A stretch of 64,000 nt of DNA. It comes from Eledone cirrhosa. Its lineage: Eukaryota. The position numbers and the translations under genes were made by a program. This document shows positions 39,101 through 52,589 of this stretch, piece after piece. The DNA lies in NCBI GenBank assembly GCA_964016885.1, contig OZ024742.1, positions 162,874,001 through 162,938,000 on the forward strand, read 5' to 3'. The notes beneath the pieces were generated by a model, which ran no database searches, was not told the DNA's origin, and saw only the letters and a list, made by a program, of their open reading frames with translations. Within the stretch, counting starts at the first letter, position 1; every line of letters starts with the position of its first letter.

Positions 39101-41190
39101 ATTATCTCCCCTTGATTTTTTTTACAATTTATCTCCCCCTGATTTTTTTTTACAAATTATCTCCGCCTGATTTTTTTTTAAAAATTATCTCCCCTTGAAC
39201 GGCTGGAAATTATCTCCCCTTGGACGGCTGGAAATTATCTCCCCTTGGACGGCTAGAAATTACCTCTCCTTGGACGGCTGAAAATTATCTCCCCTTGGAC
39301 GGCTGCAAATTATCTCCCCTTGATTTTTTAACAAATTATCTCCCCCTGATTTTTTTTTACAAATTATCTCCCCCTGATTTTTTTTTACAAATTATCTACG
39401 CCTAATTTTTTTTACAAATTATCTCCCCCTGATTTTTTTTTACAAATTATCTCCCCCTGATTTTTTTTACAAATTATCTCCCCCTGATTTTTTTTTACAA
39501 ATTATTTCCCCCTGATTTTTTTACAAATTATCTCCCCCCTGATTTTTTTTACAATCTCCGCCTGATTTTTTTAAAAATTATCTTCCCTTGGCTGGCGGGA
39601 AATTATCTCCCCTTGGACGGCTGGAAATTATATCCCCTTGGAAGGATGGAAATTATCTCCCCTTGGACGGCTGGAAATTATCTCCCCTTGGACGGCTGGA
39701 AATTATCTCCCCTTGGACAGCTGGAAATTATCTGCCCTTGATTTTGTTTTTACAAATTATCTCCCGCTGATTTTTTTTACAAATTATCTCCACCTGATTT
39801 TTAAAAAAATTATCTCCCCTTGGACGGCTGGAAATTATCTCCCCTTGATTTTTTTACAAATTATCTCCCCCTGATTTTTTTTACAAATTATCTCCCCCTG
39901 ATTTTTTTTTACAAATTATCTCCCCCTGATTTTTTTACAAATTATCTCCCCCTGATTTTTTTTACAAATTATCTCCGCCTGATTTTTTTAAATATTATCT
40001 TCCCTTGGCTGGCGGGAAATTATCTCCCCTTGGACGGCTGAAAATTATCTCCCCTTGGACGGCTGGAAATTATCTCCCCTTGATTTTTTTTACAAATTAT
40101 CTCCCCCTGATTTTTTTTTACAAATTATCTCCCCCTGATTTTTTTTTACAAATTATCTCCCCCTGATTTTTTTTTACAAATTATCTGCGCCTGATTTTTT
40201 TTACAAATTATCTCCCCCTGATTTTTTTACAAATTATCTCCCCTTGGCTGGCTGGAAATTATCTCCCCTTGGAGGCTGGAATTTATCTCCCCTTGGACGG
40301 CTAGAAATTACCTCTCCTTGGACGGCTGGAAAATATTTCTCCTTGGACGGCTGGATATTATCTACACTTGGACGGGTGGAAATTATCTCCCCTTGGACGG
40401 CTGGAAATTATCTCCCCTTGGACGGCTAGATATTACCTCCCCTTGGACGGCTGGAAATTATCTCCCCATGATTTTTTTTACAAATTATCTCCCCCTGATT
40501 TTTTTTTTACAAATTATCTCCCCCTGATTTTTTTACAAATTATCTCCCCCTGATTTTTTTTACAAATTATCTCCGCCTGATTTTTTTAAATATTATCTTC
40601 CCTTGGCTGGCGGGAAATTATCTCCCCTTGGACGGCTGAAAATTATCTCCCCTTGGACGGCTGGAAATTATCTCCCCTTGATTTTTTTTAAAAATTATCT
40701 CCCCCTGATTATTTTTTACAAATTATCTTTCCCTGATTTTTTTTTACAAATTATCTCCCCCTGATTTTTTTTACAAATTATCTCCCCCTGATTTTTTTAC
40801 AAATTATCTCCCCTTGGCTGGCTGGAAATTATCTCCCCTTGGAGGCTGGAATTTATCTCCCCTTGGACGGCTGGAAATTATCTCTCCTTGGACGGCTAGT
40901 AATTACCTCTCCTTGGACGGCTGGAAAATATGTCTCGTTGGAGGGCTGGAAATTATCTCCCCTTGGACGGCTGGAAATTATCTCCCCTTGGACGGCTGGA
41001 AATTATCTCTCCTTGGACGGCTAGAAATTACCTCTCCTTGGACGGCTGAAAATTATCTCTCCTTGGACGGCTGGAAATTATCTCCCCTTGGACGGCTAGA
41101 TATTACCTCCCCTTGGACGGCTGGAAATTATCTCCCCTTGATTTTTTTTACAAATTATCTCCCCCTGATTTTTTTTACAAATTATCTCCA
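36115..41190 (+). repeat. Tandem duplication with a 2568-bp unit
   Basis: ORF pairs 36320/38888, 36652/39220, 37020/39588, 37676/40244, 38246/40814 and 38545/41113 all have offset 2568. Confidence 0.95.
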
Positions 41191-42262
41191 CCTGATTTTT
41201 TTACAAATTATCTCCCCCTGATTTTTTTTACAAATTATCTCCGCCTAATTTTTTTAAATATTATCTTCCCTTGGCTGGCGGGAAATTATCTCCCCTTGGA
41301 CGGCTGAAAATTATCTCCCCTTGGACGGCTGGAAATTATCTCCCCTTGATTTTTTATACAAATTATCTCCCCCTGATTTTTTTTTACAAATTATCTCCCC
41401 CTGATTTTTTTTTACAAATTATCTCCCCCTGATTTTTTTTACAAATTATCTCCCCTTGGCTGGCTGGAAATTATCTCCCCTTGGAGGCTGGAATTTATCT
41501 CCCCTTGGACGGCTAGAAATTACCTCTCCTTGGACGGCTGGAAAATATGTCCTTGGACGGCTGGATATTATCTACCCTTGGACGGCTGGAAATTATCTCC
41601 CCTTGGACGGCTGGAAATTATCTCCCCTTGGACGGCTAGATATTACCTCCCCTTGGACGGCTGGAAATTATCTCCCCTTGATTTTTTTTACAAATTATCT
41701 CCCCCTTATTTTTTTTACAAATTATCTCCACCTGATTTTTTTACAAATTATCTCCCCCTGATTTTTTTTACAAATTATCTCCGCCTAATTTTTTTAAATA
41801 TTATCTTCCCTTGGCTGGCGGGAAATTATCTCCCCTTGGACGGCTGAAAATTATCTCCCCTTGGACGGCTGGAAATTATCTCCCCTTGATTTTTTATACA
41901 AATTATCTCCCCCTGATTTTTTTTTACAAATTATCTCCCCCTGATTTTTTTTTACAAATTATCTCCCCCTGATTTTTTTTACAAATTATCTCCCCTTGGC
42001 TGGCTGGAAATTATCTCCCCTTGGAGGCTGGAATTTATCTCCCCTTGGACGGCTAGAAATTACCTCTCCTTGGACGGCTGGAAAATATGTCCTTGGACGG
42101 CTGGATATTATCTACCCTTGGACGGCTGGAAATTATCTCCCCTTGGACGGCTGGAAATTATCTCCCCTTGGACGGCTAGATATTACCTCCCCTTGGACGG
42201 CTGGAAATTATCTCCCCTTGATTTTTTTTACAAATTATCTCCCCCTGATTTTTTTTACAAAT
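41061..42262 (+). repeat. Tandem duplication with a 540-bp unit (~2.2 copies)
   Basis: ORF pairs 41456/41996 and 41530/42070. The rare variant TTTTTATACA occurs at 41351 and 41891. Confidence 0.93.
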
Positions 42263-42625
42263 CTAATGATTTTTTAAAAAAAATTATCTCCCCTTCGCTG
42301 GCTGGAAATTATCTCCCCTTCGCTGGCTGGAAATTATCTCCCCTTGGACGCTGGAAATTATAGCCCCTTGGAGGGCTGGAAATTATCTTCCCTTGGACGG
42401 CTGGAATTATCTCCCCTTGGCTCGAAATTATCTCCCCTTGGACGGCTAGAAATTATCTCTCTTTGGACGGCTGGAAATTATCTCCCTTTGATTTTTTTTA
42501 CAAATTATCTCCCCCGATTTTTTTTAAAAATCTCCCCCTGATTATTTAAAAAAAATTATCTCCCCTTCGCTGGCTGGAAATTATCTCCCCTTGGACACTG
42601 GAAATTATAGCCCCTTGGAGGGCTG
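42259..42625 (+). repeat. Divergent monomer cassette, copy 1
   Basis: Contains ATCTAATGAT, CCTTCGCTGG, GGACGCTGG, ATTATAGCCCC, GGCTCGAAA and GGACACTGG, which I saw only in the three cassette copies. Confidence 0.9.
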
Positions 42626-44306
42626 GAAATTATCTCCCCTTGGACGGCTAGAAATTACCTCTCATTGGACGGCTGAAAATTATCTCCCCTTGGACGGCTG
42701 GAAATTATCTCCCCTTGATTTTTTTTACAAATTATCTCCCCCTGATTTTTTTTTACAAATTATCTCCCCCTGATTTTTTTTTTACAAATTATCTCCGCCT
42801 GATTTTTTTTTTAAATTATCTCTCCTTGGACGGCTGGATATTATCTCCCCTTTCATTTTTTTTACAAATTATCTCCCCCTGATTTTTTTTTACAAATTAT
42901 CTCCCCCTGATTTTTTTTTACAAATTATCTACCCCTAATTTTTTTTTACAAATTATCTCCCCCTGATTTTTTTTACAAATTATCTCCCCCTGATTTTTTT
43001 TTTAGAAATTATCTCCCCCTGATTTTTTTACAAATTATCTCTCCCTGATTTTTTTTACAAATTATCTCCGCCTGATTTTTTTAAATATTATCTTCTCTTG
43101 GCTGGCGGGAATTTATCTCCCCTTGGACGGCTGAAAATTATCTCCCCTTGGACGGCTGGAAATTATCTCCCCCTGATTTTTTTTTACAAATTATCTCCCC
43201 CTGATTTTTTTTTACAAATTATCTCCCCCTGATTTTTTTTTACAAATTATCTCCCCCTGATTTTTTTTACAAATTATCTCCCCCTGATTTTTTTACAAAT
43301 TATCTCCCCTTGGCTGACTGGAAATTATCTCCCCTTGGAGGCTGGAATTTATCTCCCCTTGGACGGCTAGAAATTACCTCTCCTTGGACGGCTGGAAAAT
43401 ATGTCCTTGGACGGCTGGATATTATCTACCCTTGGACGGCTGGAAATTATCTCCCCTTGGACGGCTGGAAATTATCTCCCCTTGGACGGCTAGATATTAC
43501 CTCCCCTTGGACGGCTGGAAATTATCTCCCCTTGATTTTTTTTACAAATTATCTCCCCCTGATTTTTTTTTACAAATTATCTCCCCCTGATTTTTTTTTA
43601 CAAATTATCTACCCCTGATTTTTTTTTACAAATTATCTCCCCCTCATTTTTTTTACAAATTATCTCTCCCTGATTTTTTTTTACAAATTATCTCCCCCTG
43701 ATTTTTTTTTACAAATTATCTACCCCTGATTTTTTTTTACAAATTATCTCCACCTGATTTTTTTTACAAATTATCTCCCCCTGATTTTTTTTACAAATTA
43801 TCTCCCCCTGATTTTTTTACAAATTATCTCCTCCCGATTTTTTTTACAAATTATCTCCGCCTAATTTTTTTAAATATTATCTTCCCTTGGCTGGCGGGAA
43901 ATTATCTCCCCTTGGACGGCTGAAAATTATCTCCCCTTGGACGGCTGGAAATTATCTCCCCTTGATTTTTTTACAAATTATCTCCCCCTGATTTTTTTTT
44001 ACAAATTATCTCCCTCTGATTTTTTTTACAAATTATCTCCCCTTGGCTGGCTGGAAATTATCTCCCCTTGGAGGCTGGAATTTATCTCCCCTTGGACGGT
44101 TAGAAATTACCTCTCCTTGGACTGCTGGAAAATATGTCTCCTTGGACGGCTGGAAATTATCTCCCCTTGGACGGCTGGAAATTATCTCCCCTTGATTTTT
44201 TTTACAAATTATCTCCCCCTGATTTTTTTTTACAAATTATCTCCCCCTGATTTTTTTTTTACAAATTATCTCCGCCTGATTTTTTTTAAAAATTATCTCT
44301 CCTTGG

Positions 44307-47300
44307 CTGGCTGGAAATTATCTCCTCTTGGAGGCTGGAATTTATCTCCCCTTGGACGGCTAGAAATTACCTCGCCTTGGACGGCTGGAAAATATGTCTC
44401 CTTGGACGGCTGGAAATTATCTCCCCTTGGACGGCTGGAAATTATCTCCCCTTGGACGGCTGGAAATTATCTCCCCTTGGACGGCTAGATATTACCTCCC
44501 CTTGGACGGCTGGAAATTATCTCCCCTTGATTTTTTTTACAAATTATCTACCCCTGATTTTTTTTTACAAATTATCTCCCCCTGATTTTTTTTACAAATT
44601 ATCTCCCCCTGATTTTTTTACAAATTATCTCCCCCCGATTTTTTTTACAAATTATATCCGCCTAATTTTTTTAAATATTATCTTCCCTTGGCTGGCGGGA
44701 AATTATCTCCCCTTGGACGGCTGAAAATTATCTCCCCTTGGACGGCTGGAAATTATCTCCCCTTGATTTTTTTACAAATTATCTCCCCCTGATTATTTTT
44801 TACAAATTATCTCCCCCTGATTTTTTTTTACAAATTATCTCCCTCTGATTTTTTTTACAAATTATCTCCCCTTGGCTGGCTGGAAATTATCTCCCCTTGG
44901 AGGCTGCAATTTATCTCCCCTTGGACGGTTAGAAATTACCTCTCCTTGGACTGCTGGAAAATATGTCTCCTTGGACGGCTGGAAATTATCTCCCCTTGGA
45001 CGGCTGGAAATTATCTCCCCTTGGACGGCTGGAAATTATCTCTCCTCGGACGACTAGAAATTACCTCTCCTTGGACAGCTGAAAATTATCTCCCCTTGGA
45101 CGGCTGGAAATTATCTCCCCTTGATTTTTTTACAAATTATCTCCCCCTGATTTTTTTTACAAATTATCTCCCCCTGATTTTTTGTTACAAATTATCTCCC
45201 CCTGATTTTTTTACAAATTATCTCCCCCTGATTTTTTTTACAAATTATCTCCGCCTGATTTTTTTAAATATTATCTTCCCTTGGCTGGCGGGAAATTATC
45301 TCCCCTTGGACGGCTGAAAATTATCTCCCCTTGGACGGCTGGAAATTATCTCCCCTTGATTTTTTTTACAAATTATCTCCCCCTGATTTTTTTTTACAAA
45401 TTATCTCCCCCTGATTTTTTTTTACAAATTATCTCCCCCTGATTTTTTTTTACAAATTATCTCCCCCTGATTTTTTTTACAAATTATCTCCCCCTGATTT
45501 TTTTACAAATTATCTCCCCTTGGCTGGCTGGAAATTATCTCCCCTTGGAGGCTGGAATTTATCTCCCCTTGGACGGCTAGAAATTACCTCTCCTTGGACG
45601 GCTGGAAAATATGTCTCCTTGGACGGCTGGATATTATCTACCCTTGGACGGCTGGAAATTATCTCCCCTTGGACGGCTGGAAATTATCTCCCCTTGGACG
45701 GCTAGATATTACCTCCCCTTGGACGGCTGGAAATTATCTCCCCTTGATTTTTTTTACAAATTATCTCCCCCTGATTTTTTTTTACGAATTATCTCCCCCT
45801 GATTTTTTTTTACAAATTATCTCCGCCTGATTTTTTTTTTAAAATTATCTACCCTTGAACGGCTGGAAATTATCTCCCCTTGGACGGCTGGAAATTATCT
45901 CCCCTTGGACGGCTAGAAATTACCTCTCCTTGGACGGCTGAAAATTATCTCCCCTTGGACGGCTGCAAATTATCTCCCCTTGATTTTTTTAACAAATTAT
46001 CTCCCCCTGATTTTTTTTTACAAATTATCTCCCCCTGATTTTTTTTTACAAATTATCTACGCCTAATTTTTTTTACAAATTATCTCCCCCTGATTTTTTT
46101 TTACAAATTATCTCCCCCTGATTTTTTTTACAAATTATCTCCCCCTGATTTTTTTTTACAAATTATCTCCCCCTGATTTTTTTACAAATTATCTCCCCCT
46201 AATTTTTTTTACAATCTCCGCCTGATTTTTTTAAAAATTATCTTCCCTTGGCTGGCGGGAAATTATCTCCCCTTGGACGGCTGGAAATTATATCCCCTTG
46301 GAAGGATGGAAATTATCTCCCCTTGGACGGCTGGAAATTATCTCCCCTTGGACGGCTGGAAATTACCTCCCCTTGGACAGCTGGAAATTATCTGCCCTTG
46401 ATTTTGTTTTTACAAATTATCTCCCCCTGATTTTTTTTACAAATTATCTCCACCTGATTTTTTAAAAAATTATCTCCCCTTGGACGGCTGGAAATTATCT
46501 CCCCTTGATTTTTTTACAAATTATCTCCCCCTGATTTTTTTTACAAATTATCTCCCCCTGATTTTTTTTTTACAAATTATCTCCCCCTGATTTTTTTACA
46601 AATTATCTCCCCCTGATTTTTTTTACAAATTATCTCCGCCTGATTTTTTTAAATATTATCTTCCCTTGGCTGGCGGGAAATTATCTCCCCTTGGACGGCT
46701 GAAAATTATCTCCCCTTGGACGGCTGGAAATTATCTCCCCTTGATTTTTTTTACAAATTATCTCCCCCTGATTTTTTTTTACAAATTATCTCCCCCTGAT
46801 TTTTTTTTACAAATTATCTCCCCCTGATTTTTTTTTACAAATTATCTGCCCCTGATTTTTTTTACAAATTATCTCCCCCTGATTTTTTTACAAATTATCT
46901 CCCCTTGGCTGGCTGGAAATTATCTCCCCTTGGAGGCTGGAATTTATCTCCCCTTGGACGGCTAGAAATTACCTCTCCTTGGACGGCTGGAAAATATTTC
47001 TCCTTGGACGGCTGGATATTATCTACCCTTGGACGGGTGGAAATTATCTCCCCTTGGACGGCTGGAAATTATCTCCCCTTGGACGGCTAGATATTACCTC
47101 CCCTTGGACGGCTGGAAATTATCTCCCCATGATTTTTTTTACAAATTATCTCCCCCTGATTTTTTTTTTACAAATTATCTCCCCCTGATTTTTTTACAAA
47201 TTATCTCCCCCTGATTTTTTTTACAAATTATCTCCGCCTGATTTTTTTAAATATTATCTTCCCTTGGCTGGCGGGAAATTATCTCCCCTTGGACGGCTGA

Positions 47301-50300
47301 AAATTATCTCCCCTTGGGCGGCTGGAAATTATCTCCCCTTGATTTTTTTTACAAATTATCTCCCCCTGATTATTTTTTACAAATTATCTTTCCCTGATTT
47401 TTTTTTACAAATTATCTCCCCCTGATTTTTTTTACAAATTATCTCCCCCTGATATTTTTACAAATTATCTCCCTTTGGCTGGCTGGAAATTATCTCCCCT
47501 TGGAGGCTGGAATTTATCTCCCCTTGGACGGCTAGTAATTACCTCTCCTTGGACGGCTGGAAAATATGTCTCGTTGGAGGGCTGGAAATTATCTCCCCTT
47601 GGATGGCTGGAAATTATCTCCCCTTGGACGGCTGGAAATTATCTCTCCTTGGACGGCTAGAAATTACCTCTCCTTGGACGGCTGAAAATTATCTCTCCTT
47701 GGACGGCTGGAAATTATCTCCCCTTGGACGGCTAGATATTACCTCCCCTTGGACGGCTGGAAATTATCTCCCCTTGATTTTTTTTACAAATTATCTCCCC
47801 CTGATTTTTTTTACAAATTATCTCCGCCTAATTTTTTTAAATATTATCTTCCCTTGGCTGGCGGGAAATTATCTCCCCTTGGACGGCTGAAAATTATCTC
47901 CCCTTGGACGGCTGGAAATTATCTCCCCTTGATTTTTTTTACAAATTATCTCCCCCTGATTTTTTTTTACAAATTATCTCCCCCTGATTTTTTTTTACAA
48001 ATTATCTCCCCCTGATTTTTTTTTACAAATTATCTCGCCCTGATTTTTTTTTACAAATTATCTCCCCTTGGCTGGCTGGAAATTATCTCCCCTTCGAGGC
48101 TGGAATTTATCTCCCCTTGGACGGCTAGAAATTACCTCTCCTTGGACGGCTGGAAAATATGTCCTTGGACGGCTGGATATTATCTACCCTTGGACGGCTG
48201 GAAATTATCTCCCCTTGGACGGCTGGAAATTATCTCCCCTTGGACGGCTAGATATTACCTCCCCTTGGACGGCTGGAAATTATCTCCCCTTGATTTTTTT
48301 TACAAATTATCTCCCCCTGATTTTTTTTACAAATCTAATGATTTTTTAAAAAAAATTATCTCCCCTTCGCTGGCTGGAAATTATCTCCCCTTGGACGCTG
48401 GAAATTATAGCCCCTTGGAGGGCTGGAAATTATCTTCCCTTGGACGGCTGGAAATTATCTCCCCTTGGCTCGAAATTATCTCCCCTTGGACGGCTAGAAA
48501 TTATCTCTCTTTGGACGGCTGGAAATTATCTCCCTTTGATTTTTTTTACAAATTATCTCCCCCTGATTTTTTTTACAAATCTCCCCCTGATTTTTTAAAA
48601 AAAATTATCTCCCCTTCGCTGGCTGGAAATTATCTCCCCTTGGACACTGGAAATTATAGCCCCTTGGCTGGCTGGAAATTATCTCCTCTTGGAGGCTGGA
48701 ATTTATCTCCCCTTGGACGGCTAGAAATTACCTCGCCTTGGACGGCTGGAAAATATGTCTCCTTGGACGGCTGGAAATTATCTCCCCTTGGACGGCTGGA
48801 AATTATCTCCCCTTGGACGGCTAGATATTACCTCCCCTTGGACGGCTGGAAATTATCTCCCCTTGATTTTTTTTACAAATTATCTACCCCTGATTTTTTT
48901 TTACAAATTATCTCCCCCTGATTTTTTTTACAAATTATCTCCCCCTGATTTTTTTACAAATTATCTCCCCCCGATTTTTTTTACAAATTATATCCGCCTA
49001 ATTTTTTTAAATATTATCTTCCCTTGGCTGGCGGGAAATTATCTCCCCTTGGACGGCTGAAAATTATCTCCCCTTGGACGGCTGGAAATTATCTCCCCTT
49101 GATTTTTTTACAAATTATCTCCCCCTGATTATTTTTTACAAATTATCTCCCCCTGATTTTTTTTTACAAATTATCTCCCTCTGATTTTTTTTACAAATTA
49201 TCTCCCCTTGGCTGGCTGGAAATTATCTCCCCTTGGAGGCTGCAATTTATCTCCCCTTGGACGGTTAGAAATTACCTCTCCTTGGACTGCTGGAAAATAT
49301 GTCTCCTTGGACGGCTGGAAATTATCTCCCCTGGGACGGCTGGAAATTATCTCCCCTTGGACGGCTGGAAATTATCTCTCCTCGGACGACTAGAAATTAC
49401 CTCTCCTTGGACAGCTGAAAATTATCTCCCCTTGGACGGCTGGAAATTATCTCCCCTTGATTTTTTTACAAATTATCTCCCCCTGATTTTTTTTACAAAT
49501 TATCTCCCCCTGATTTTTTGTTACAAATTATCTCCCCCTGATTTTTTTACAAATTATCTCCCCCTGATTTTTTTTACAAATTATCTCCGCCTGATTTTTT
49601 TAAATATTATCTTCCCTTGGCTGGCGGGAAATTATCTCCCCTTGGACGGCTGAAAATTATCTCCCCTTGGACGGCTGGAAATTATCTCCCCTTGATTTTT
49701 TTTACAAATTATCTCCCCCTGATTTTTTTTTACAAATTATCTCCCCCTGATTTTTTTTTACAAATTATCTCCCCCTGATTTTTTTTTACAAATTATCTCC
49801 CCCTGATTTTTTTTACAAATTATCTCCCCCTGATTTTTTTACAAATTATCTCCCCTTGGCTGGCTGGAAATTATCTCCCCTTGGAGGCTGGAATTTATCT
49901 CCCCTTGGACGGCTAGAAATTACCTCTCCTTGGACGGCTGGAAAATATGTCTCCTTGGACGGCTGGATATTATCTACCCTTGGACGGCTGGAAATTATCT
50001 CCCCTTGGACGGCTGGAAATTATCTCCCCTTGGACGGCTAGATATTACCTCCCCTTGGACGGCTGGAAATTATCTCCCCTTGATTTTTTTTACAAATTAT
50101 CTCCCCCTGATTTTTTTTTACGAATTATCTCCCCCTGATTTTTTTTTACAAATTATCTCCGCCTGATTTTTTTTTTTAAATTATCTACCCTTGAACGGCT
50201 GGAAATTATCTCCCCTTGGACGGCTGGAAATTATCTCCCCTTGGACGGCTGAAAATTATCTCCCCTTGGACGGCTGGAAATTATCTCCCCTTGATTTTTT

Positions 50301-52217
50301 TTACAAATTATCTCCCCCTGATTTTTTTTTACAAATTATCTCCCCCTGATTTTTTTTTACAAATTATCTCCCCCTGATTTTTTTTTACAAATTATCTGCC
50401 CCTGATTTTTTTTACAAATTATCTCCCCCTGATTTTTTTACAAATTATCTCCCCTTGGCTGGCTGGAAATTATCTCCCCTTGGAGGCTGGAATTTATCTC
50501 CCCTTGGACGGCTAGAAATTACCTCTCCTTGGACGGCTGGAAAATATTTCTCCTTGGACGGCTGGATATTATCTACCCTTGGACGGGTGGAAATTATCTC
50601 CCCTTGGACGGCTGGAAATTATCTCCCCTTGGACGGCTAGATATTACCTCCCCTTGGACGGCTGGAAATTATCTCCCCATGATTTTTTTTACAAATTATC
50701 TCCCCCTGATTTTTTTTTTACAAATTATCTCCCCCTGATTTTTTTACAAATTATCTCCCCCTGATTTTTTTTACAAATTATCTCCGCCTGATTTTTTTAA
50801 ATATTATCTTCCCTTGGCTGGCGGGAAATTATCTCCCCTTGGACGGCTGAAAATTATCTCCCCTTGGGCGGCTGGAAATTATCTCCCCTTGATTTTTTTT
50901 ACAAATTATCTCCCCCTGATTATTTTTTACAAATTATCTTTCCCTGATTTTTTTTTACAAATTATCTCCCCCTGATTTTTTTTACAAATTATCTCCCCCT
51001 GATATTTTTACAAATTATCTCCCTTTGGCTGGCTGGAAATTATCTCCCCTTGGAGGCTGGAATTTATCTCCCCTTGGACGGCTAGTAATTACCTCTCCTT
51101 GGACGGCTGGAAAATATGTCTAGTTGGAGGGCTGGAAATTATCTCCCCTTGGATGGCTGGAAATTATCTCCCCTTGGACGGCTGGAAATTATCTCTCCTT
51201 GGACGGCTAGAAATTACCTCTCCTTGGACGGCTGAAAATTATCTCTCCTTGGACGGCTGGAAATTATCTCCCCTTGGACGGCTAGATATTACCTCCCCTT
51301 GGACGGCTGGAAATTATCTCCCCTTGATTTTTTTTACAAATTATCTCCCCCTGATTTTTTTTACAAATTATCTCCGCCTAATTTTTTTAAATATTATCTT
51401 CCCTTGGCTGGCGGGAAATTATCTCCCCTTGGACGGCTGAAAATTATCTCCCCTTGGACGGCTGGAAATTATCTCCCCTTGATTTTTTTTACAAATTATC
51501 TCCCCCTGATTTTTTTTTACAAATTATCTCCCCCTGATTTTTTTTTACAAATTATCTCCCCCTGATTTTTTTTTACAAATTATCTCGCCCTGATTTTTTT
51601 TTACAAATTATCTCCCCTTGGCTGGCTGGAAATTATCTCCCCTTCGAGGCTGGAATTTATCTCCCCTTGGACGGCTAGAAATTACCTCTCCTTGGACGGC
51701 TGGAAAATATGTCCTTGGACGGCTGGATATTATCTACCCTTGGACGGCTGGAAATTATCTCCCCTTGGACGGCTGGAAATTATCTCCCCTTGGACGGCTA
51801 GATATTACCTCCCCTTGGACGGCTGGAAATTATCTCCCCTTGATTTTTTTTACAAATTATCTCCCCCTGATTTTTTTTACAAATCTAATGATTTTTTAAA
51901 AAAAATTATCTCCCCTTCGCTGGCTGGAAATTATCTCCCCTTGGACGCTGGAAATTATAGCCCCTTGGAGGGCTGGAAATTATCTTCCCTTGGACGGCTG
52001 GAAATTATCTCCCCTTGGCTCGAAATTATCTCCCCTTGGACGGCTAGAAATTATCTCTCTTTGGACGGCTGGAAATTATCTCCCTTTGATTTTTTTTACA
52101 AATTATCTCCCCCTGATTTTTTTTACAAATCTCCCCCTGATTTTTTAAAAAAAATTATCTCCCCTTCGCTGGCTGGAAATTATCTCCCCTTGGACACTGG
52201 AAATTATAGCCCCTTGG
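44307..52217 (+). repeat. Tandem duplication with a 4361-bp unit; the second copy is 3550 bp after 25-bp and 786-bp losses
   Basis: Offsets 4361 (44394/48755), 4336 (44872/49208, 45520/49856) and 3550 (46905/50455, 48068/51618). Variants TCTCCTCTTGG, GGCTGCAATTT, TTGGGCGGCT and CCTTCGAGGC are shared. Confidence 0.95.
48331..48667 (+). repeat. Divergent monomer cassette, copy 2
   Basis: Same diagnostic variants as copy 1; ATCTAATG is at 48333 (offset 6072). Confidence 0.9.
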
Positions 52218-52265
52218 AGGGCTGGAAATTATCTTCCCTTGGACGGCTGGAAATTATCTCTGCTT
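51881..52265 (+). repeat. Divergent monomer cassette, copy 3
   Basis: Same diagnostic variants; ATCTAATG is at 51883 (offset 3550 from copy 2). Confidence 0.9.
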
Positions 52266-52589
52266 GATTTTTTTTACAAATTATCTCCCCCTGATTTTTT
52301 TTTACAAATTATCCCCCCCGATTTTTTTTACAAATTATCTCCCCCTGATTTTTTTACAAATTATCTCCCCTTGGACGGCTGGAAATTATCTCCCCTTGGA
52401 CGGCTGGAAATTATCTCCCCTTGGACGGCTAGAAATTACCTCTCCTTGGACGACTGAAAATTATCTCCCCTTGGACGGCTGCAAATTATCTCCCCTTGAT
52501 TTTTTTTACAAATTATCTCCGCCTGATTTTTTTTTAAAAATTATCTCCCCTTGGACGGCTGGAAATTACCTCCCCTTGGACGGCTGGAA

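Noticed and set aside
48142-48921. Longest ORF (259 aa)
   Set aside because: It is a chance read-through across the divergent cassette and a duplication junction; the paralogues at 42070 and 51692 stop at different points.
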